Assembly (NCBI RefSeq): GCF_006345805.1
Contig: NC_043006.1
Span: forward strand, 63,178,001-63,242,000
Source: Octopus sinensis
Lineage: Eukaryota
Reading direction: 5' to 3'
DNA length: 64,000 bases
Positions within the stretch are counted from its first letter, which is position 1, and every line of letters begins with the position of its first letter. The position numbers and the translations under genes are program-made. The notes under the pieces were generated by a model, which was not told where the DNA came from, did no database searches, and saw only the letters and a program-made list of their open reading frames with translations. Of the stretch, positions 55,150 to 64,000 are shown one piece after another.

Positions 55150-56011
55150 AAGAAAATTCTTTTGAGAGATTGGTAGAAAGAAAATGCAGCGGCGAACTTA
55201 AAAGAGACGTTAATTAAAAATGAGCGTTTGGTTTGTAATTATTTCGAGCTTCAAATGTATTTCTATGTTAACGTATTCTATGTTAAACCTAATAGAAAGG
55301 AACTATTCATTCATAAATAAATTTGATGAAATACATTTAAGAGATAACCGACAATTACGATAAAACTGATAGCTTAGGATAACTTCACTTATCTGTTAAC
55401 TTTTAATATTCACAGGTTCATATAAATAACTATCAATACTAAATTGGATATTCCTGCATTGAATTACCACAAATAGGGAATCGGTAATATGCAAACAGCT
55501 GTTAAACTGGAACTTTAAATTCTGATAATGAACACCATTCCTTAAAATATTAATGATCAAGTCCAGGTAACTAGTTTCAGTAATAAGATTGCCGATTCAG
55601 TCTGAAATAGTAATAGACCAATTTCGTACTAAGAGAAATATCATTAAACCCTTATAACACAACGTATGACACTAATTTATAATCATGTTGATGATGGTGT
55701 TTAGTCAGAAAAGTCTTAATATATTGTCTCTATAGTCCAAAGCTTGCTCAACAGGAACGTGTAATTCGATTAAGTTTGATCCGAGTGCCTAACTTAATAT
55801 TGACAATATCGACATCAAGAGGGGATAAAACGCCACGCAGATTCCAGCAAATTGTCATAGTTGTTACAAATTTCAAATCTTTATTCGTACACGAAAATCC
55901 TGATGAAAAAATGGAGTTAATTTTTACACTAACTCCAGTTAAATATTATTCATACACGCGCGCACACACGCACGTACAAATATACATACATATATACATA
56001 CATGCATACAT

Positions 56012-56307
56012 CACGTGACCGACCAGACCGTCAGATGTTGTTACACATCGCTGGTCACAATGCGTTCGCATTGTTTTAGCCTTCAAATGACGCCACCCCG
56101 CTGGCTAAGCGAGCAGGCCAACAGAAGAAAGAGAGAGAGAAAGAGTGGTGAAAGAGTACAGCAGGGATCACCACCCCCTGCCGGAGCCTCGTGGAGCTTT
56201 TAGGTGTTTTCGCTCAATAAACACTCACAACGCCCGGTCTGGGAATTGAAACCGCGATCCTGCGACCGCGAGTCGCTGCCCTAACCACTAGGCCATTGCG
56301 CCTCCAC
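56012..56307 (-). mobile_element. tRNA-derived SINE family D2 with 12-bp TSD
   Basis: Same head as 40315-40700, different tail; TSD acatgcatacat at 56000-56011 and 56308-56319. Confidence 0.92.
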
Positions 56308-56699
56308 ACATGCATACATACATATATATATATAAGTAAAAAAACGTATAATAAAGGCACAAACAAACAAGTAACAGACACAGAAGGTCACCAAATTCTT
56401 ATCAGTTATCGGCCAGAGGGTCAAACGCAATTTCATGCCTTAACAATAATAATGAATTTTGCAGTCTTGCTAAAATTAGCTAGGCATGTCAAACTTTCAC
56501 GCATACTTTTAGCAGCTAAAATGAAATTTGTGATTGAATTCCTTCAGAAATTAACCAGCACCGAAATTTCGCTGGCATTCCAAAAATGTTGCATGAAAAC
56601 TGGCAGCATATTTCAGCACTACCTCTAATCTGAATAAAACTACTAATAGAGTTTCTGAACGCTGTACCCCCGAAAAGCTATCGCGAGAGAGGTAAGCCC

Positions 56700-57300
56700 T
56701 GTTTATTGTGCAACAACGTGTTAAGTCAATTCCATCACAAATTATAACAGAAATGTTATGGTTTATACAGAAGGTGGGACGTATAAGGATTCACATTTGG
56801 GGTACATGGCGAAATGCACAAAACACAACTTGATTTATGCTAGATGCAAAATATATCAATTAAATGAAAGATTTAATGGGTACAGATATGACTTGAGGCA
56901 CAACAGCAGCTGTTCAGCGGAACTTGCCGAAGATTTTACATCAAGCGACTGTAATTTTGCTCGTTATCGGAAAGTATCGACTCTACTGCGCTTTCAGTCC
57001 TCATATCCTCATATGAGGATAAATATATTTGTGAATTGCCAATGTCACAACCCGGAGGAATAGACAGAATGACTGACGAATTCTATCACATTTACGCAAA
57101 AAAGCTTTCGATAAAGTGTTCTCTTCCTTGTTTTCTTTTTCTTTCTCCATTTTTTTCTCTGCGAAAACCAGTAACGTTCTTTTGTGTAAAAAAAAAAAGA
57201 ACGCAGGATATTCCATTCCATATTTGTAATGTTTCCTCATTTTTTATCTTGAAACCGACGAGGAAATATTGTTGAATTCAATAAACGGTGTTAATCTCTT
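56700..57300 (+). mobile_element. Penelope-like element GIY-YIG endonuclease remnant and 3' region
   Basis: LGYMAKCTKHNLIYA...QLNERFNGYRYDLR...AELAEDF: decayed GIY-YIG, RxxxH and LAxHF motifs. Confidence 0.7.
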
Positions 57301-57373
57301 CTTAATACAAATCGTATCACGCTCTTCTTATTCCTCATTTACCTTCGTGAAAAGTTTCGTGAATCATCATATC

Positions 57374-57406
<33 letters not shown>

Positions 57407-57457
57407 TAATAATAATAATATAATAATAATAATAACAACAACAATAATGATAATATT

Positions 57458-58014
57458 TGCCCTGAAGCAATACCAGGCAGTGGCTCTCATGTCTTCTGAT
57501 CTTAACTGATTGGAGGTGTTATCATGTACATTGTTTTCTCTTGGTATAAAAGATGGGCTAAGGTAAATATTTTGCTCAATACCACAGATTTGTTTGTCAG
57601 ATGTTTGACCTTAACCAGTTGAGCATGTCCTTTAGTAGCCGCCGATATATGCATCTCTGATCACGATCAGAAGTAGTAGGAGAGCATCATAGCTGTGTGT
57701 TGAAAGGAATTCTTAGAGGTTTGGATAATTCACCTTTGGAAACATGGGTGGTTCGTTCAACATCCTTAAACAATCTTTATTCAGGGACCTTTTGGGTGGA
57801 TTGGGCTACTCGACCAGAAGCAAATTCTAACTGAGCCCCACCTGCAAGGTCATGTGCTGTTTATCTTGATATGAGATCACCATGTCGCGCACATATGGTT
57901 GTGATGCATGTGCTTGGTGTACCCTTATCAGACGGATATTCATGATGGGTATCCTGGGCTTCGTATAGTTTACCCCAGTGTCACTTTGATGGCATGCACT
58001 GCTCTCTCACTCAA
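57458..58014 (-). mobile_element. (TAA)n-embedded retroposon, possibly R4/Dong-related non-autonomous copy
   Basis: Flanked by (AAT)n on both sides; second copy at 63596-64000. Classification inferred from the TAA target preference of Dong elements. Confidence 0.55.
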
Positions 58015-59690
58015 TAATAATGATTTCTTTATTAACCACTAGGGTTTACATAAAAAAACATTATGGACAACACAGGACAAATACAATGTGGGGTTATATG
58101 AAAGTCGTGTAAACAATGAAAAACAAAAACAGAAATCGAAAATAACAAAATTCCCCAGAAGAGGGAAACCTCTTAGGACTGCTAGTGAAAACCCCACAAG
58201 TCCACAAAAGCCCTGACCACTAAGGAAAGTGCCCTTCCTACTTTGTCAACAGGTGTATGCTTAGAGCAGGCCCATTCACTCGGGCCATTCTTGCGACATT
58301 CACCAACATTTTAACAAAATTGCTAGGGATTCAGAACTTGCCTCTCCAACCTCACTTTCCTTTTCAAATGCAATTTGAAAAGGTTTATGAGGGTTTGGCT
58401 AAAGAGGAAAGTCTCTGTCTTCAGCCCTTGCACCCTGGTCCATCACACAACCTCTTTTGCTAAGGCCACCAAGCAAATAAAAACAGCCTGTCTTTCCCGG
58501 CCAAAGGAAAGCGGCGGGACTATCCTCACAATGGACCCAGCCGATTGCCAGATTCGTCCTACTCGGACCCATCGAACGGCTTTCATTCCCTAGTGTCTTA
58601 GAGCACTACCTAGCTCTGACAATGTAAACAGTGGAAGAATTGGTTCAGAACCAATCTCGCTGCCAAGCACGTCGGTTGCTATGCCACTACTGAATGCCTC
58701 TTCTAATTTCCTAATTCTCTTTCTATTCTAGTATTCTCTATCACTAATACCCTGCTAGATCCTACAGCTTCTACTCTAACCGCCCATTTTAGGGTTGCCC
58801 ATTATCGGTTGTTGACGACTGCACCCGTCAATTTTTGATGGACTAAGTTACTAATCCGGTCTCTGAAAGCTTGGTGCACCGGGAAAGACATGCTTAGCTT
58901 CTAGTACCCGGGACCCTGCCTAAGCAGCCTGACTAGGTCGACCATACAGATCACCAATTTGTGGTCCGTATAGCTGACAACTTCATAATTGTGGAAAACC
59001 TATGCTATCTTTATCTGCTGGCCGACAAATTACCCTATCTATTTGCCCACGTCCACATTGAAGTATTTGGGAAATCCAGACTGAGATAGGAAACGATTGA
59101 GCATGTTTGCGAGGCTTGCGCATCCCTCATTCCTACCCAATTCACACGTGCATCCAAGATAGCGTTCCAGTCGCCCACTAGCACTAAGGAGCGAGACGTC
59201 CCAAGAAAGACTTTGAAGCGTCTAAAGAAATCTGGCTGTCCCGCTCCGGTCAGTGCATACAAAGCGACCAGTCACGTTATCATTCACGTCCATGACCACC
59301 ATGGTATCTTCAAGGTCCACGAAGACCGACCGTATCTCGAGATCCAGGCCTTTTCTGAACAGATCGCCACCCCACCCACCATTCCCAATCGACTAAGAGA
59401 TGCAAAGATCTCATAATCATCGAAAATGAACGCTAAGGCGCGGGTGTCCGAGATCCTGGTCTCACTGGCGGCTATTACGTCTAATTTTTGCCACCTGAGG
59501 CCATTGAGCAAGCGACGTTGCTTCCATGATGACCCCAGGCCGCGTACATTTCTACTGCCCACTCTAAGCAATACCATATTGGTATAATGGGAATGTGTGA
59601 AAGTAGGAGAGAGTCACTTACCAAAGCTTCGTAGGGGAGTGGGTGTGCCTACCCCGTCCTTCTCGTTGGATGTGGGGTTTTCCCCAGCGG

Positions 59691-59972
59691 TTCCTTGTAA
59701 AGTCTGATATTAAGGTCCTTTTGAAAGTCCCCTACAAACTGAAAATACCTAAATTTCAAAATTTTGTTGTCACTTTGAGTAGCTGTGAATATTTTTATTG
59801 TGCGGGTATAATTGTGGTTGGAATGACATAATTCCTTGTAAAGTCTGATATTAAGGTCCTTTTGAAAGTCCCCTACAAACTGAAAATACCTAAATTTCAA
59901 AATGTTGTTGTCACTTTGAGTAGCTGTGAATATTTTTATTATGCGGGTATAATTATGGTTGGCATGACATAA
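59691..59972. repeat. 141-bp tandem duplication inside LINE ORF1
   Basis: 59691-59831 repeated at 59832-59972 with few mismatches. Confidence 0.95.
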
Positions 59973-60348
59973 TTGAATTCATTAATATCCATGTTTGTGG
60001 ATGTGTTCTATTAATTCTTTATTTTTTGTGCTTATAGCCGTGAGATTTATAATGTCTGGTTTATCATCATTTGGGGAATGCAATCCATCTGTTGTGTATG
60101 TAGGCTATGTTGTGTTTGTGATGGTTGTGGAGGTTGTGGTGGAGGATGTTATTGTTGCCTGTGTGTGTAGGTGAGTCCTACACACATGGTGTGCTGTTGT
60201 TACTGTTCGTTCCCTCCATTTTCTCGTACCTGTCTGTCTATTTTTGGTTATCGTTTTATGCTCTTCTGTCTTTTCCTTCCTTTTCCTGTGACTCTTTGCC
60301 ACGCCTGTCCCTCCTATTGCCGTCGTTTTTGTCGTCCAAATAGGAGAG

Positions 60349-60684
60349 GGAGGCGCATGGCTCAGTGGTTAGAGCGTCGAGCTTACGATCGTGAGGTTGT
60401 GAGCTCGAATCCTGGATCGGGCTGCGTGTTGTGTTCTTGAGCAAGGCACTTTATTTCACGTTGCTCCAGATCACTCAGCTGTAGAAATGAGTTGCGACGT
60501 CACTGGTGCCAAGCTGTATCGACCTTTGTCTTTCCCTTGGATAACACTGGTGGCGTGGAGAGAGGAGGCTGGTATGCATGGGCGACTGCTGGCCTTCCAT
60601 AAACAACCTTGCCCGGACTTGTGTCTAGGAGGGTAACTTTCTAGGTGCAATCCCATGGTCATTCATGACCGAAGGGGGTCTTTA
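60349..60684 (+). mobile_element. SINE family C, full length, nested in the L1/Tx1 element
   Basis: ggaggcgcatggctcagtggttagagcgtcg...gctcgaatcc head; tgtgttcttgagcaaggcacttta central block. Confidence 0.92.
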
Positions 60685-62544
60685 TTTCTTCTACAGGTAT
60701 TTGTTTTACTATTGTTAATGGTTTTGTCATTATTTTTGGTGGGGAGTTGTCTGTTTCTGCCGTTATTGTTGCTGTTTGTGATGCAGTTATTGCTGCTGCT
60801 GCTGGGCATTCTGTTTGACGATGTGCAGTTGTTTTCATTCCAGTCGTTGTTGTATCTGCAGCTGCTGCCAGCGCTGTAGTGGTTTTTGTGAATGCCGTTG
60901 TGCCCAATTGTCTCTGTTGGTGCTGTTATTTCTGTTTCTGCTGTTGCTGCTGCTGCCCTTGTTGTGGTGCCTGTTGTTGTGGTTGTAGTGGTGTTAGTGG
61001 TTGCTGCGGCTAAGTTTTCCCCCTTTCCTTCTTTCCTTCGGGCAATAGACTCTGACGTGACCCGAATCGCCACAGAAGTAACATCCCGGTTTCCTTCCTT
61101 CCACGATCACCCGCAGTTGCTGGCCTCCAAGGATTTCTAATAGGTCGGAAATTTTCTCTACAGTTTCTGGTTTTATTTGCTATAGAATTTCCAACCTTAT
61201 TCCAAACCAGTTCTTTGGGGATTTTTGGATTTCTGGGATGTTCTAGGATCATCCAGCACCACAGATTTTACAACCAGCAGAAATTGATTTCTGGTGCTAT
61301 GTTACTTATCTTTATTCGGATCTCCTTCTGTCCCAGATAGAGAGAAATTAAAATGAACTCCCCAATTTTTATGAGACAGGTGAGTGATTTTGTGCTAGTG
61401 ATTCCGACTGGAATATGACCATGATGTAGCCGAACTTTGGGGCGTGGCAGACAAAGCTGACATCCCACCATATATTTTTCAGGCAGAACTCATCGTGGTT
61501 TAATGATATTTTTCCAGTCTTATTTTCATGGACATACATCTGTACATGATTGTTTTTGGTTTCTTTTCGGTTGCCTCTAGCAGGTTTTGATGCACATTTA
61601 GTGTGACCTTTCTTTCTTCGCATCTTATAATTCTCTCAGCTTCCTTTAAATGTTCTTTCTTATTCTCTAACGACTTAATTTCAAAGTTATTTGTATCTTT
61701 TGCGAAGGAAACGTTATTTTTATTTGAACCTCCTCTTTCTTTGTTCGAAATTTTACTGATTTGTGTGGTGGTCGTAGTGGTGGTGGTGGTGGGAGTGATA
61801 TTTTCCTTGCACTATTGGCTGCTGCCATTTATATTTCGTGCTTCCTCGATCGAATTCTCATTACTTCTGAAACTTCCACTATGGTTGTTGTTGTTGTTGT
61901 TTTTGTTGTTGTCATTGCTGTTGCTACCCCTCCTGCTACTACCACTATCATTTACACCTAGAGTGTGTAGGGGCATGTGAAGGCGCAAGACAATTTCGCC
62001 ATCTATATCTCCTCCCACTTCCCTCACTTGCTGACTCGCTGAGAAAGACGATGACGCCATATTAAATTTTGCAAATTTTGAAAGGAAAATTAAATTTCTT
62101 TTCTAGTGATTTTTGCTCCGCAGTGCAAAAAAAAAACAATGCCACTGTTAATCAGACCAACATAGTTTAGATTAACTTAATCACAAGTTATAACAATAAA
62201 ATATAAGAATAGCAATCACTTTAGAGGTAAACATGCTCCGAAATACACGTCCAGCTCTGGCGATAATAATAATAATAATAATAATAATTTTAATTTTGCC
62301 ACAGGACCCATTTATAAGTACAACAGATTTATTTTAAAGTGGATACAAAAGTGTATTGGTAAGTGTAAAATAAAATTTTATAACGAGGAGACGGGCAGTG
62401 ATCTCATACAATATACCTATGCATTAAAATATTATATTACATAAATATATATACACAAAATAATTAGTTTATATGAAACAGTTACCAATTTTTCCTCTCA
62501 TTCGTTCCTTTGACAAAATATTTGTTGTCATTAATTGTGTCGAA

Positions 62545-62698
62545 GGCGGCGACCCGGCAGAACATCAGCAAGCCTTTTTATTCTTTTGGGGTCGATATAG
62601 TAAGTACCAGCTGACTACTGGGGTTGATGTAATTTAATATCTCCTCCCGCCCACCCGCAAAAAATTTCAGGCCTTCTGCCTATAGTAGAAAGTATTAT
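62545..62698 (+). mobile_element. SINE family B, internally deleted
   Basis: ggcggcga...ggggtcgata..taagtaccag...ggggttgatgtaat. Confidence 0.7.
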
Positions 62699-63102
62699 TA
62701 ATTGTGTCGTTGAAATTGCCCAAAATGATGTTATTTTTGTGAGGAAACTGCTATTTTATTATCGATGAAATACCTGTATTCGATGACGAACGGGAGCTTT
62801 CTTTCAGTTTTAAACGTGCGTTTTTTCTCGGAGATCGTTGCCGCATTGAGGGTCTATATCATTAAGAATTTTTTCTTCTTTTTGGTTCGTAAATTAAACC
62901 GTTTTTCTCTAAAACTAGGAAAAGAAAAATATTAAATAACTTTCTAAGTCTTTATCTAGGTAAGAATCCAAGATGCAGACAACAAATAGAAAACATGTAC
63001 AACAGCTAAGAAGTACTAACATCAGAATATGGGCATAGATTTGTAGACAGTAAGAGCAATTGATTGTAGCAATCTCTGGATACAAGTAGTTTTTAAATAT
63101 TA

Positions 63103-63305
63103 CTAGCAGTATTGCCAGGCGTTGCTCGGGTTTGATTTCTTTTCGACCCTTTAGAATTGGAAGTTTTGAAAAGTAAAAATTTTGCATTATGCAGCTTTGT
63201 TATTCTCTTTAAGTAAACATTTTTCTGGTTGAAATACAACGAAAACTGGCGATACAGTCAAACAATTGTAAAAAATAGGGAATTTCATAGAAAAAGCAAC
63301 TTTTT
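63103..63305 (-). mobile_element. Helitron 3' end (non-autonomous fragment)
   Basis: Minus strand ends cccgagcaacgcctggcaatactgCTAG|t: GC-rich subterminal hairpin then CTAG before T. Confidence 0.7.
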
Positions 63306-63312
63306 GATGTAA

Positions 63313-63592
63313 ATAATTTTCGGTCTTAACATGGTCCGATTTGAATTTTTTCTTCTACGGAATGACAAAATACCTACTTTTTTACTACCCACAAGGGGCT
63401 AAACACAGAGGGGACAAACAAGGACAGACAAACGGATTAAGTCGATTACATCGACCCCAGTGCGTAACTTGTACTTAATTTATCGACCCCGAAGGATGAA
63501 TGGCAAAGTCGACCTCGGCGGAATTTGATCTCAGAACGCAGCCGCAGACGAAATACCGCTAAGCATTTCGCCGGCGTGCTTACGATTCTGCA
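63313..63592 (-). mobile_element. SINE family B
   Basis: Homologous to 54240-54472. Confidence 0.9.
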
Positions 63593-63595
63593 AGT

Positions 63596-64000
63596 CACAG
63601 CAAATATTTATCTTGGCATAAAAGATGAGCTACAGCGAATATTTTGCTCCATACCATAGATTTGCTAGTCAGTTGTTTGACCTTAACCAGTTGAGCATGT
63701 CCCTTAGTGGCCGATAAAATGCGCATCTCTGATCACGAGTAGAAGTAGTGGAGGAGTATCATAGACATGTTTTGAGAGGAATTCTTTGAAATTTGAATAA
63801 TTCACCTCTAGAAACATGCATGTTTCGAGAAGTACCCTTAAATGACCCTTATTCAGGAATCTTTTGAGTGGGATGAGCTATTAAACTGGGCCCCATCTGA
63901 AAAGTCATACGCTGTCTATCTTGATATGAGTTCACCATGTCGCGCGCATATGGTTGTGATGTATGTGGCTGACGTGCTCTTATATAATGAGTTGTCATGA
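63596..64000 (-). mobile_element. Second copy of the 57458-58014 repeat (runs off window)
   Basis: gtttgaccttaaccagttgagcatgtcc...atctctgatcacga...caccatgtcgcgc shared. Confidence 0.8.

Larger units (their letters stand above)
58025..62260 (-). mobile_element. L1/Tx1-clade LINE, decayed, RT region largely deleted
   Basis: APE endonuclease at 59577-59035 (GSRNVRGL, DVIAASETR, GGVAI, LVLVGDWNAILD); low-complexity ORF1 ~62060-59650; ORF2 C-terminal remnants ~58250-58560; (AAT)n at both ends. Confidence 0.8.

Noticed and set aside
60349-60425. tRNA gene (also heads at ~40625-40700 and ~56232-56307)
   Set aside because: tRNA-like heads continue into SINE bodies and tails, two with TSDs; no complete acceptor stem.

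Overview
AT-rich, microsatellite-dense metazoan DNA, most likely coleoid cephalopod (Octopus-type tRNA-derived SINEs, long (TA)n tracts; inference from repeat content). The only host coding sequence I can support is one 124-bp + strand exon (5178-5301) of a GPR158/GPR179/CG31760-like class C GPCR. The rest looks like a very large intron filled with four SINE families, decayed mariner/Tc1 elements, two Merlin-like GG-ended elements with 8-bp TSDs, CR1, RTE, R4/Dong, L1/Tx1 and Penelope-like (PLE) fragments and a Helitron end. Most ORF-track entries are microsatellite translations. Two things stand out. First, a 3.43-kb near-perfect palindrome (43558-46987) whose junctions fit a fold-back self-priming and template-return event. 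Second, short fold-back insertions in (TA)n tracts, several carrying minimal type I hammerhead ribozyme motifs next to the inversion point, including one with a swapped G3-C8 core pair. All calls are by eye, so ends of decayed repeats are approximate.
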